64,000 nucleotides of DNA. Source: Alphaproteobacteria bacterium. Lineage in GTDB: Bacteria; Pseudomonadota; Alphaproteobacteria; SP197. A program made the translations under genes and the position numbers. The DNA lies in assembly GCA_964291265.2 (NCBI GenBank), contig OZ219746.1, positions 64,001-128,000 of the forward strand. The letters run 5' to 3'. The notes under the pieces are model-generated. The model did not search any database. It saw only the letters and a program-made list of their open reading frames with translations, and was not told where the DNA came from. This document shows, piece after piece, positions 40,366 to 50,610 of the stretch; the stretch's first letter is position 1, and each line of letters opens with the position of its first letter.

Positions 40366-40915
40366 CCGGCGGCTTGCTCACCGAACCAGATCGGAAGGAA
40401 GGACTGTCCCTGGTCTATGTCAAGGCACTGGCGGTGCGTGCGGGTTTTCTGACCACGGTGCCGGGGCCGGACCGCGACAGCGTCGACCTGCGGATTCAGG
40501 CGGGAGGTACATATCGCCCGGCCCTCGAGTTGCAGCTCAAGGCCACTGCCGGTTTCGACGGGCCGCGAAACGGCTTCTTGCCGTTTCGACTGCCTTTGAA
40601 GAACTACGGTAACTACTCACCCCCTACTGATGACGGATCGTTTTTCCTGACGGGTTCGGATTCGGCATTTTCTCTTGCCGCCTTCACTTGCTCGCTGCCG
40701 ATGATCGGATGTGCGTGTTCCGACTGACAAGAAGCGGATCGATCTTCGGCTTCAGCTCCACGTTCCGGCCTTACATAACCAGGTTTTGTCCCCGTGATGA
40801 TGCAATCATCCACAGCGGTTGGCTGCCTTTCCAATCCTCTGGAGATATGCGCTTGACATTGTAGGAGGGGCACTCTACATGCAGGCCATCGGGGCGGTTT
40901 GCGTCGGAGATATTG

Positions 40916-41590
40916 ATGGCGGCATGGTACGGATCGAAGGCGACGACGGGTCTGAGCCAGGCGATCGTCGCGGCCATGCCGCCGCATGACGTGTACATCG
41001 AGGCGTTCCTTGGGGGCGGCGCGATCATGAAGCGCAAGCCACCGGCGCTGCGCAGCATCGGCATTGACCTCAACCGCCGGGCGATCGACAGCTTCCGCTG
41101 TGACTATCCGGTGGAGCTTCACCAAGGCTGCGCCCTGCGTTTTCTCGAGACCTTCGCCTTCCAGGGCCGCGAGCTGGTCTACTGCGACCCGCCTTACGTG
41201 CAGTCGACGCGCCGGTCGCAGCGCCGCTACCGCTTCGACTGCACGGACGATGACCATGTTGCGCTCCTCGACATCCTGACGTCGCTGCCCTGCCAGGTGA
41301 TGATCTCCGGCTATCCCTCGCGGCTCTACGACACGCACCTCACCGGCTGGCGCTCGGCCGAGGTCCAGGTCAACAACCAGGCCTGCGTTGTCACCGAGAA
41401 GCTGTGGTTCAACTTCGCACCGGGCCGACCGCACTGGCATACGTGTGCGGGCAGGAACTCGATCGACCGCCAGCGCATCAAGCGCCTCGCAGAGAGCTGG
41501 GCGCGGCGCTACCGGACGATGCCCGAAGGCGAGCGGCTCGCCGTGCTGGCGGCAGTCATGGCGGTGGAGGCGTCGTCATGGCGAGCGTGA
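40916..41590 (+). CDS. Small Dam/D12-class N6-adenine DNA methyltransferase (passenger of the outer IS)
   Basis: WYGSK; motif I YIEAFLGGGA; IGIDLN; motif IV YCDPPY; VMISGY. Confidence 0.88.
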   Translation: MAAWYGSKATTGLSQAIVAAMPPHDVYIEAFLGGGAIMKRKPPALRSIGIDLNRRAIDSFRCDYPVELHQGCALRFLETFAFQGRELVYCDPPYVQSTRRSQRRYRFDCTDDDHVALLDILTSLPCQVMISGYPSRLYDTHLTGWRSAEVQVNNQACVVTEKLWFNFAPGRPHWHTCAGRNSIDRQRIKRLAESWARRYRTMPEGERLAVLAAVMAVEASSWRA

Positions 41591-42027
41591 ACGGCACGTC
41601 TGTGCGCCAGGAGGTCGACGTCTTCCAGAAGCAGTTCCAGGATCTCCGCAAGCAAGGCAAGGTCAACCAGGAGTGCGAGGAGCTCTTCCGCGGCCTGCTG
41701 ATGCTGATAAAGCTGTTGCTGACCGTGCTCATGGAGAAGATCACACGCAAGACGAGCCGGAACTCCGGTCTGCCGCCATCTCAGACTGACAAGGACGAGA
41801 GCGCGAGGCGCACCGGGAGCAACGGCAAGGGCCCGAAGCCGAACCAGCAGACGGGCGACAACCTGCGCACGACCACCGTCGAGGAGACGATCGTCGTTGA
41901 TGCCTGCGACGCCTGCGGCGCCGACCTCCACGACGTTGACCCCGTCGACCGGGAGTGCCGCGTCCTCTACGACATCGTGTTCGAAGTCGTCGAGCGCCGC
42001 GTCGAAGCCGAGATCAAGGGTAACTAC

Positions 42028-43506
42028 TCACCCCTTGTTAGGGTCTGGTTGTCCGTAGTGTTGGTTGAGGATGTCTACGGCCTTTCCGTCGAGGGCGATG
42101 TGGATGGCGACGTGAGGGTTGTAGCCGAGTGCGTCCATGGTGGTGAGGTAGCTTGAGCCGCGGCACCATGCTTTGGCGTGGGGCATGGTGCGGAAACATC
42201 CGGACACCTTGATCTTGACCTTTGTCATCCTGATCTTCTGCTCTCCGGTATTGTTGGTGAAACTGACGTTGGGGTCCTTCATGAAGCGCAGGACGGACTT
42301 CTCGTGTTTCACGAGACGTTCATGCAGGTTGTGCGCGTCGGACTTTGCGATGCGTCCACGTTTTCCTTTCGTCCGTGGCGGGATGTCGGGCAGTTCCTTG
42401 GCGCCCTGGGTGAGGATGGTGCGGTAGCGCTTGCGCACGGCCCGGCGGTCGGCCTCGTTCAAGGTCTTGGATGCGCTCTTGTTGACCCTGCGGGAGACCT
42501 CGCGCAGCAGGCTTTTCATCAGTCGCGCCCAGCGGTAGCCGTTGGACTCGACGACGAAGGTCAGTTCGCGCAGGAGATGGCTGCCGCACAGTTGGTGGCG
42601 GCATTGATCGTAGCCCATGTAGGCAGCCCAGCAGTCGTGGATCAGGACGCCCTTGTAGCGCGGGATGATGCCGATCTCTTCGATCGCCTCCCGGCCGCGC
42701 TTGGGGTGCGGGAACTTGCACGTCAGGGTGCCGTCGGTGACGACATGGAGCCATTGGGTCTTGCCGGCGACCCGGAAGCCGGTCTCGTCGACATGCAGGG
42801 CCGGTTGTTGCAGGAGATGGGCCACGGCGGCCTCCTCCCATGATGCGAGGGCATCGTGAAAGCGCCGGACATAGCCGAGGCAGGTCGCCTCGGAGAGCTT
42901 GATGCCGGAGATCGCGTGCACGAGCGAGACGGCACGACGCAGGGACAGCATCTGGGCGATCAGCAGGTTGATGACGAGGGCCTGGATGCTGACGCCGTAC
43001 TGCAGGGGGCCCGGCATGTTGTCTGGGAACCGGCCCTTGGTCCGGGCCCGGCACTTCGGGCATTCCTTGATCTCGGCTTCGACGCGGCGCTCGACGACTT
43101 CGAACACGATGTCGTAGAGGACGCGGCACTCCCGGTCGACGGGGTCGACATCGTGGAGGTCGGCGCCGCAGGCGTCGCAGGCATCGACGACGATCGTCTC
43201 CTCGATGGTGGTCGTGCGCAGGTTGTCGCCCGTCTGCTGGTTCGGTTTCGGGCCCTTGCCGTTGCTCCCGGTGCGCCTCGCGCTCTCGTCCTTGTCAGTC
43301 TGCGATGGCGGCAGACCGGAGTTCCGGCTTGTCTTACGTGTGATCTTCTCCATGAGCACGGTCAGCAACAGCTTTATCAGCATCAGCATGCCGCGGAAGA
43401 GCTCCTCGCACTCCTGGCTGACCTTGCCCTGCTTGCGGAGATCCTGGAACTGCTTCTGGAAGATGTCGGCCTCCTGGCGCACAGACGTGCCGTTCACGCT
43501 CGCCAT
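42028..43506 (-). CDS. IS66-family TnpC DDE transposase (492 aa)
   Basis: KTSRNSGLPPS; CDACG and CPKC Zn finger; HVDETG; IHDCW; HQLCGSHLLREL; FTNNTGEQKIR..K.KVSGCFR. Confidence 0.93.
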   Translation of the reverse strand: MASVNGTSVRQEADIFQKQFQDLRKQGKVSQECEELFRGMLMLIKLLLTVLMEKITRKTSRNSGLPPSQTDKDESARRTGSNGKGPKPNQQTGDNLRTTTIEETIVVDACDACGADLHDVDPVDRECRVLYDIVFEVVERRVEAEIKECPKCRARTKGRFPDNMPGPLQYGVSIQALVINLLIAQMLSLRRAVSLVHAISGIKLSEATCLGYVRRFHDALASWEEAAVAHLLQQPALHVDETGFRVAGKTQWLHVVTDGTLTCKFPHPKRGREAIEEIGIIPRYKGVLIHDCWAAYMGYDQCRHQLCGSHLLRELTFVVESNGYRWARLMKSLLREVSRRVNKSASKTLNEADRRAVRKRYRTILTQGAKELPDIPPRTKGKRGRIAKSDAHNLHERLVKHEKSVLRFMKDPNVSFTNNTGEQKIRMTKVKIKVSGCFRTMPHAKAWCRGSSYLTTMDALGYNPHVAIHIALDGKAVDILNQHYGQPDPNKG

Positions 43507-44168
43507 GACGACGCCTCCACCGCCATGACTGCCGCCAGCACGGCGAGCCGCTCGCCTTCGGGCATCGTCCGGTAGCGCCGCGCCCAGCTCTCTGCGAGGC
43601 GCTTGATGCGCTGGCGGTCGATCGAGTTCCTGCCCGCACACGTATGCCAGTGCGGTCGGCCCGGTGCGAAGTTGAACCACAGCTTCTCGGTGACAACGCA
43701 GGCCTGGTTGTTGACCTGGACCTCGGCCGAGCGCCAGCCGGCGAGGTGCGTGTCGTAGAGCCGCGAGGGATAGCCGGAGATCATCACCTGGCAGGGCAGC
43801 GACGTCAGGATGTCGAGGAGCGCAACATGGTCATCGTCCGTGCAGTCGAAGCGGTAGCGGCGCTGCGACCGGCGCGTCGACTGCACGTAAGGCGGGTCGC
43901 AGTAGACCAGCTCGCGGCCCTGGAAGGCGAAGGTCTCGAGAAAACGCAGGGCGCAGCCTTGGTGAAGCTCCACCGGATAGTCACAGCGGAAGGTGTCGAT
44001 CGCCCGGCGGTTGAGGTCAATGCCGATGCTGCGCAGCGCCGGTGGCTTGCGCTTCATGATCGCGCCGCCCCCAAGGAACGCCTCGATGTACACGTCATGC
44101 GGCGGCATGGCCGCGACGATCGCCTGGCTCAGACCCGTCGTCGCCTTCGATCCATACCATGCCGCCAT
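43494..44168 (-). CDS. Small N6-adenine DNA methyltransferase (passenger of the inner IS)
   Basis: Near-identical to 40916-41590; overlaps the tnpC start by 13 bp. Confidence 0.88.
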   Translation of the reverse strand: MAAWYGSKATTGLSQAIVAAMPPHDVYIEAFLGGGAIMKRKPPALRSIGIDLNRRAIDTFRCDYPVELHQGCALRFLETFAFQGRELVYCDPPYVQSTRRSQRRYRFDCTDDDHVALLDILTSLPCQVMISGYPSRLYDTHLAGWRSAEVQVNNQACVVTEKLWFNFAPGRPHWHTCAGRNSIDRQRIKRLAESWARRYRTMPEGERLAVLAAVMAVEASSWRA

Positions 44169-45789
44169 CAATATCTCCGACGCAAACCGCCCCGATGGCC
44201 AGCATGTAGAGTGCCCCTCCTACAATGTCAAGCGCATATCTCCAGAGGATTGGAAAGGCAGCCAACCGCTGTGGATGATTGCATCATCACGGGGACAAAA
44301 CCTGGCCATATAAGGCCGGAACGTGGAGCTGAAGACGAAGATCGATCCGCTTCTTGTCAGTCGGAACACGCACATCCGATCATCGGAAGCGAGCAAGTGA
44401 AGGCGGCAAGAGACAATGCCGGATTCGAACCCGTCAGGAAAAACGATCCGTCATCAGTAGGGGGTGAGTAGTTACGATCAAGGAATGTCCGAAGTGCCGG
44501 GCCCGGACCAAGGGCCGGTTCCCAGACAACATGCCGGGCCCCCTGCAGTACGGCGTCAGCATCCAGGCCCTCGTCATCAACCTGCTGATCGCCCAGATGC
44601 TGTCCCTGCGTCGTGCCGTCTCGCTCGTGCACGCGATCTCCGGCATCAAGCTCTCCGAGGCGACCTGCCTCGGCTATGTCCGGCGCTTTCACGATGCCCT
44701 CGCATCATGGGAGGAGGCCGCCGTGGCCCATCTCCTGCAACAACCGGCCCTGCATGTCGACGAGACCGGCTTCCGGGTCGCCGGCAAGACCCAATGGCTC
44801 CATGTCGTCACCGACGGCACCCTGACGTGCAAGTTCCCGCACCCCAAGCGCGGCCGGGAGGCGATCGAAGAGATCGGCATCATCCCGCGCTACAAGGGCG
44901 TCCTGATCCACGACTGCTGGGCTGCCTACATGGGCTACGATCAATGCCGCCACCAACTGTGCGGCAGCCATCTCCTGCGCGAACTGACCTTCGTCGTCGA
45001 GTCCAACGGCTACCGCTGGGCGCGACTGATGAAAAGCCTGCTGCGCGAGGTCTCCCGCAGGGTCAACAAGAGCGCATCCAAGACCTTGAACGAGGCCGAC
45101 CGCCGGGCCGTGCGCAAGCGCTACCGCACCATCCTCACCCAGGGCGCCAAGGAACTGCCCGACATCCCGCCACGGACGAAAGGAAAACGGGGACGCATCG
45201 CAAAGTCCGACGCGCACAACCTGCATGAACGTCTCGTGAAACACGAGAAGTCCGTCCTGCGCTTCATGAAGGACCCCAATGTCAGTTTCACAAATAATAC
45301 CGGAGAGCAGAAGATCAGGATGACAAAGGTCAAGATCAAGGTGTCCGGATGTTTCCGCACCATGCCCCACGCCAAAGCATGGTGCCGCGGCTCAAGCTAC
45401 CTCACCACCATGGACGCACTCGGCTACAACCCTCACGTCGCCATCCACATCGCCCTCGACGGAAAGGCCGTAGACATCCTCAACCAGCACTACGGACAAC
45501 CAGACCCTAACAAGGGGTGAGTAGTTACGAACTACGAGGATCTTCGTGTTGTTACGCAGACGCCACGGTTGCTCGTGGTGCTGGAGCTTCCCGAAGACGA
45601 AGCGCACTGGATGTCGGTGACTGAGGATGCTCTCATTCTGCGATATCGCGCGTACTGGCTGAGCTTGCAACGGGGCCATGATGACGTCACCGGTCGGAAG
45701 ACCGTCACGGTTCATGTCCCTGAACGCAACATACTCGATGTTGAGACCCTACAAGAGCTCATGGAGCAATCCAGGACGGGAGAACTCTG

Positions 45790-46935
45790 ATGCAGGTCAG
45801 CATTCAAGACCGTGACGCCTTGCTGGCGATTTCGCCGGCGGCGTTGTCCGCCTACGCTCGATGCGCGGGTTGGAGCCGCGGTGATTCGTACCGCGAGCAC
45901 TCGGAAATCTATGTTGGCGAAGCGCTGCCGGAAATCGTCTTGCCGCTCAACACGAGCCTCGGAGATTATGCGAGTGCGGTGGTGGCATTGATCGAGACCT
46001 TCGCGCAGGTCGCTGATCAGGACGCGTTGACCGTGTACCGTGCGCTGACGACAGCGGACCGGGATGCGATTCGTGTTCGGGCGGCGGAGAGCGATGAAGG
46101 CAGCCTGGGACTGAACGACGGCGTGGCCCTGATTGAAGGCGCCAGCGCCATGGTGCTGGCGGCGGCGTGCTCGCTTCAGGACCCGCGGCCGGTGTACCGC
46201 GCTGGCGCGAACCGGGAGGCGGCAGACATGCTGCAGCAGATGCGGCTTGGGCAGACGGAGCAAGGCAGCTTCGTTGTGACGTTGCTCACACCGCCTGTGC
46301 CACCCCCCATGTCGACGCTGTTCGACGATGAGGCCACGGGTGACCATAATGCGCCGATCTTTCGTCGGATGACGAAACGGCTTGTCGAGGCGCTGGCCGC
46401 GGTGCGGCGGGCGGCGGAGCGGGCGGGTTCCGGCGATGGCAGCGCCTTCGCAGAGTCAGTGGCCAGCGGGGTGAGCGCCAATCTGTGCGAGGCATTGATC
46501 AAGATCATCGCACCGTTCCCGAGGCTGGATATCAGCGTCTTGTGGGCGCGGACGCGGCCGGTGAAGAGGGCGTCACCACCGGTTTCCTGGTTCGGGCTGG
46601 CGGATGTCGCATTGCTGGACGAGGCCGCCCGATCCCTGCGGGAGCGTGCGCCGAAGCCCGACATGCATCTCCATGGCTTCATTCGCATCCTGGAACGCAC
46701 AGAGGAAGAGGCAGATGGGACAATCAGGTTCCGCGCCGAAGTAGACGGAAAATGGCAGTCGGTCGCGGCGGTTCTGGAACAGGCCGATTACGAGCGCGCG
46801 GTTCAGGCCCACAAGGACCGGGCACCGGTCATACTCAAGGGTGACCTCGAGCGCACAGGTCAGCGATGGAAGCTGCTGAACCCCCAACTGGAGAGTGTCC
46901 TGCGCGATGATGAAGAGGACCCGGAGTATGGTTGA
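45790..46935 (+). CDS. Hypothetical protein, 381 aa, coupled to the DUF4365 gene
   Basis: TGATG stop/start overlap; protein-like composition (GQTEQGSFVVTL, GVSANLCEAL). Confidence 0.75.
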   Translation: MQVSIQDRDALLAISPAALSAYARCAGWSRGDSYREHSEIYVGEALPEIVLPLNTSLGDYASAVVALIETFAQVADQDALTVYRALTTADRDAIRVRAAESDEGSLGLNDGVALIEGASAMVLAAACSLQDPRPVYRAGANREAADMLQQMRLGQTEQGSFVVTLLTPPVPPPMSTLFDDEATGDHNAPIFRRMTKRLVEALAAVRRAAERAGSGDGSAFAESVASGVSANLCEALIKIIAPFPRLDISVLWARTRPVKRASPPVSWFGLADVALLDEAARSLRERAPKPDMHLHGFIRILERTEEEADGTIRFRAEVDGKWQSVAAVLEQADYERAVQAHKDRAPVILKGDLERTGQRWKLLNPQLESVLRDDEEDPEYG

Positions 46936-47291
46936 GCTCGCCGGCGATACTGACGCGGCCGTTTCCGAGAGGTGGTGCCTTCTCCGGGAATATGACGAGA
47001 ACCAACGGAAAGGCCGTCCGGCGTGAAACCGGCTTAGCGGTGCGATCGAGTATCTGAAACGCGCTCTCGTGGCGAGAAGCGAGGCATCGCCGCTATCCGG
47101 AAACCGGCGAGACGGTACCTTGGATGCTATCGTCGATAACATCGAGCAACCCATGGCCGGCGAACCGCTCTTTCACAGTTGTGAGGAGAAACCGTAACTG
47201 ATGCCCGCCCCAGCAGGGCCTATCTTTTGTCCGCTTTCGTCCGGCAAGGGGCGATGCAGGCAGATCTGGGTGCGCCAGGGATTGGACTGCG

Positions 47292-47834
47292 TTGTCGATA
47301 TGCCGGTTCCGACCTCGAGAAGGCGCCACCGACTTCAAGAACGGTCACTCTGCCGCGGTGGTCCGCCGCCGATCGCGACAAGAGAATGCTCCTGCCCGTC
47401 CCAGAAACAGAAGCAATTCTTGATGTACTCTGCGCGCCGGTCGAGCCGGACCGGCACGGACGCCGTTTCCGCTGCCGGACCGCCTTCCGCGAAGCGCGCG
47501 AACAACTCCCGGTAGTGGAGTACGGCGGGCCCGAGCGCCACGGCTGCCTCCGCGGCTTCCGACGGACCAGCCGGGGGCCGCACCGCCTCGGCTGCGATGA
47601 CGGCCTCGTCGCGCGGCCGCACCTCCATCGGATAAGTGCCGAGATGGAACGGCCGGTTCTTCGATGCGCGGTGGAACAGCATGGCCCCGCCGCCCGCCCG
47701 GCTGTCAACCGTAACGCTTGGCGGTCACGATGTCAGGACCATGCTGTTGTCGCGATCGGCGGTGGATTACCGGGTCAGAGGCCGTTCTTGAAGTGGGTGG
47801 CGCCTTCTCGAGGTCGGAACCGGCATATCGACAA
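47292..47834. repeat. ~100-bp inverted repeats (47292-47394 and 47734-47834) enclosing a gene fragment
   Basis: TTGTCGATATGCCGGTTCCGACCTCGAGAAGGCGCCACC.ACTTCAAGAACGG occurs in both orientations; no TSD found. Confidence 0.88.
47400..47682 (-). pseudogene. N-terminal fragment resembling catabolic reductive dehalogenases
   Basis: SKNRPFHLGTYPME resembles, from memory, the NpRdhA-type N-terminus (NRDRPxHLGxxxxE); later VPVRLDRRAEYIK; truncated. Confidence 0.45.
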
Positions 47835-47944
47835 TGAAAACCGGTCCCTTGTGCCTGATCGGCGCTGAAACTTCGGTTTGGTGCTCCGGCTGTCACCAAC
47901 CGGATTCTTGCCGGCAGGACCGCTTGGCGGTGTCATGCAGGCCT

Positions 47945-49096
47945 TCAGGCCTCGCGGCGGCAGCGGATGATGGCTTGCGCGAGGCGATCGTTGGCGAAGG
48001 CGATATCGTCAGACGTGGTGAAGCGGCCGATGCCGAGGCGGATGGACGAGGCGGCCTGTTCGGGCGTGAGGCCGATGGCGCGCAGCACGTAGGAGGGTTC
48101 GACCACGGCGGACGTGCAGGCCGAACCGGTGGAGAAGGCGAGTTCGGGAACACGTGTCATCAGCTCTCCGGCATCCACGCCCTCGATGGCGAGACTGAGG
48201 TTGCCGGGCAGGCGCCTGTCGAGCGGCGGTCCGTTGAGGGAAACGCCGGGGAGACCGTCCATGAGGGCGTGTGCGAAGGCTCTCAGTCTTGCCGCTTCCC
48301 TTTCCCGGCCGGCGGCGGCAAGGTCCGCGGCCTTGCCGAAGCCTATGGCCAGGGGTGCCGGCACGGTGCCCGAACGCAGGGTCCGTTCCTGGCCGCCACC
48401 GGAAAACAGAGGTTCGATGCGCGCCCGCGGCCGGCGGCGCACGTAGAGGATGCCGATGCCCTTCGGTCCGTAGACCTTGTGGCCGGAGAGACTCATCAGA
48501 TCGATGGCGGCAGCGTCGACATCGAGCGGAGTCCGTCCGGCGGCCTGGGTCGCATCGCAGTGAAAGAGGGCGCCGCAGGCGCGGGTCATGGCGCCGATGT
48601 CGGCGAGGGGCTGCAGGGTGCCGATTTCGTTGTTCGCCGCCATCACCGACACCAGGATGACGTCCTCGCCGAGTGCGCTCCGGAGGCGTTCGGTCTCCAC
48701 CGTGCCATCGGTTCCGACCGGCAGCACGTCCGCAGCGAACCCTTCTGCCGCAAGCACCTTCACGCTTTCGAGAACACACTTGTGCTCGCTTGCCACGGTG
48801 ACGATCCGGTTGCGGCGTCCCCTCATTCTCCTTTCGAACCGGGCTGCGCCCTTGATCGCCAGGTTGTTCGACTCCGTGGCGCCGGAGGTGAAGATGATCT
48901 CCCGCGCATCGGCGCCGACGAGACGGGCGATGGACCGGCGCGCCTCCTCGACGGCCGCAGCGGCATCCGTCCCGAACGTGTGGTTGACCGAGTGGGGATT
49001 GCCGAACTGCTCGCGGAACCAGGGCATCATGACATCGACGACCAGGGGGTCCACCGGGGTGGTGGCATTGCAGTCGAGGTAGAGCGGCGTCATCAC
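47945..49096 (-). CDS. iscS: Cysteine desulfurase
   Basis: YLDCNATTP; FTSGATESNN; SLSGHKVYGPKG; RSGT; STGSACTS. Confidence 0.93.
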   Translation of the reverse strand: MMTPLYLDCNATTPVDPLVVDVMMPWFREQFGNPHSVNHTFGTDAAAAVEEARRSIARLVGADAREIIFTSGATESNNLAIKGAARFERRMRGRRNRIVTVASEHKCVLESVKVLAAEGFAADVLPVGTDGTVETERLRSALGEDVILVSVMAANNEIGTLQPLADIGAMTRACGALFHCDATQAAGRTPLDVDAAAIDLMSLSGHKVYGPKGIGILYVRRRPRARIEPLFSGGGQERTLRSGTVPAPLAIGFGKAADLAAAGREREAARLRAFAHALMDGLPGVSLNGPPLDRRLPGNLSLAIEGVDAGELMTRVPELAFSTGSACTSAVVEPSYVLRAIGLTPEQAASSIRLGIGRFTTSDDIAFANDRLAQAIIRCRREA

Positions 49097-50610
49097 ACCG
49101 TCTTCCGCTGCATCCGGTGGCGGGCATCCGCCGCCTTCCAGGCCCTCACCGCGGCATCGCAGTCTTCAGGCGTACTCGACCACCCGAGGCTGAGGCGCAC
49201 CGCGTGGCGGCTGAGCGATGGAAACCCCATGGCCTCGATGACGGACGAAGGTTCCATCCTGCCGGAGGAGCAGGCGGACCCGGCGCTGATCGCAACACGG
49301 TCCAGATCGAAGCTCATCACCATGGTCTCGGCATCGATGCAGGGGTGGGCGATGGCCAGTGTGTTGTCGAGGCGTCCGACTCCTGCCGAGAAGACCACGG
49401 CGTCTGGCACCGCGTCCAGCATGCGCGCCTCCATGTCGTCGCGAAGCAGCCGAAGGTGCGCCGTGTCGTCGCCGCAAGCGGCAGTCACGGCCGCACCGAA
49501 GGCGGCAATGGCAGCGAGCGACTCGGTGCCGGCGCGCAACCCATACTCCTGGCCACCACCCCGTGAACGGGCGGCAAGGGGAACGCCGTCCCGCACGATC
49601 AGCGCTCCGGCTCCGCTCATGCCACCGAACTTGTGCGCCGAAACACTGACCAGGTCCGCCTCCTGCCAGGCGCCGCAGTAACGCCCGGCGGCCTGTACGG
49701 CATCACAGTGAACCAGGGCGCCGTGCTGTCTGGCGAAATGCATGACGTCCGTCAGGGGCTGCACGACTCCGGTTTCGTTGTTGGCTGCCATCACCGAGAC
49801 CACGGCCGGACCGCCGCCACGGGCAAGCTCGGCCTCCAGGACTTCCAGGTCGACACGGCCATGGCGGTCGACGGGAATGGTGACGGCGCTCGGGACGGCC
49901 TTCACCACCGACGGGTGCTCGACGGCCGAGACCAGGACGCGCCTGCGGTCCGGGCCGAGGAGCGCCAGGTTGTTGGCTTCCGTTCCACCCGAGGTGAAGA
50001 CCACCTCGAGGGGACTGCATCCGACGCATGACGCCACGATCTCGCGGGCGTCCTCGATGAGCGATCGGGCCCGGCGGCCGTGGCGGTGAACCGATGAGGC
50101 GTTGCCGGCACACGCCATCGCCCGGGAAGCCGCCCTGCGTGCTTCCGTGCGCAAGGGTGAGGTGGCGTTGTGGTCGAGATAGTGGGTCGCGGCAGGCCGC
50201 GGCCCCCGGCACACGTCCTCGAGGGTGACGCCGTCAAGGTAGGCCTCGATGTGATCACCGAGTCCGGCCCACAGGCCGTGGGTGAGGCAGCGGGTGCGGT
50301 TCGCCATGCAGCCTCTTGAGGAGCCATCGCTGCGGCACCGCGTGACCTGCGTCGGTTCGTCCACTGCTGCCACGACATCCATGATCGAGATGCGATGGGC
50401 AGGACGGGCGAGCAGGTATCCTCCACCGGGTCCGCGGATGCTGCTGACAAGTCCGTGACGGCGCAGCGGGGCGAACAGCTGTTCGAGGTAGGAGAGCGGG
50501 ATTTCCTGCCGGTGCGAGACGTCCGCAAGACGAACGGGGCGCACCCCGTCATTGAGGCCGAGGTCGACCATGGCCATCACGGCATAGCGTCCCCGGGTCC
50601 CGAGCTTCAT
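49093..50610 (-). CDS. IscR (Rrf2) regulator fused in-frame to a cysteine desulfurase
   Basis: [31 protein letters not shown] reads without a stop into [25 protein letters not shown]. Confidence 0.85.
   Translation of the reverse strand: MKLGTRGRYAVMAMVDLGLNDGVRPVRLADVSHRQEIPLSYLEQLFAPLRRHGLVSSIRGPGGGYLLARPAHRISIMDVVAAVDEPTQVTRCRSDGSSRGCMANRTRCLTHGLWAGLGDHIEAYLDGVTLEDVCRGPRPAATHYLDHNATSPLRTEARRAASRAMACAGNASSVHRHGRRARSLIEDAREIVASCVGCSPLEVVFTSGGTEANNLALLGPDRRRVLVSAVEHPSVVKAVPSAVTIPVDRHGRVDLEVLEAELARGGGPAVVSVMAANNETGVVQPLTDVMHFARQHGALVHCDAVQAAGRYCGAWQEADLVSVSAHKFGGMSGAGALIVRDGVPLAARSRGGGQEYGLRAGTESLAAIAAFGAAVTAACGDDTAHLRLLRDDMEARMLDAVPDAVVFSAGVGRLDNTLAIAHPCIDAETMVMSFDLDRVAISAGSACSSGRMEPSSVIEAMGFPSLSRHAVRLSLGWSSTPEDCDAAVRAWKAADARHRMQRKTV

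Larger units (their letters stand above)
42020..44475 (-). mobile_element. Inner IS66-family element (2456 bp), intact, inverted, inserted in the outer tnpC
   Basis: IRs GTAACTACTCACCCC at both ends; TSD GATCAAGG at 42012-42019 and 44476-44483. Confidence 0.95.
41578..45520 (+). pseudogene. IS66 TnpC transposase of the outer element, interrupted at 42019/44484
   Basis: 41578-42019 joined to 44484-45520 gives 1479 nt, the same length as the intact inner copy. Confidence 0.92.
40609..45528 (+). mobile_element. Outer IS66-family element (2456 bp without the nested copy) carrying MTase and tnpC
   Basis: IRs GTAACTACTCACCCC / GGGGTGAGTAGTTAC; TSD GAACTACG at 40601-40608 and 45529-45536. Confidence 0.95.
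40362..45790 (+). pseudogene. DUF4365-like PD-(D/E)XK protein split by nested IS66 elements
   Basis: 40362-40608 joined to 45537-45790 restores an in-frame 166-aa ORF (DRDSVDL..ELQLKAT..LKNY|EDLRV..RLLVVLELP). Confidence 0.85.

Noticed and set aside
40630-40745. GATC sites near the IS left end as evidence of Dam-like self-regulation
   Set aside because: GATC is common throughout the window and the MTase specificity is unknown
40609-45528. Nested IS as an assembly artefact
   Set aside because: Two different perfect TSDs, in-frame restoration of both interrupted genes, and sequence differences between the copies
4042-49681. Long antisense ORFs (e.g. 4042-5751, 6660-8777, 11348-13039, 33403-34770, 47834-49681)
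   Set aside because: They overlap well-supported genes on the opposite strand and are typical high-GC shadow frames without motifs
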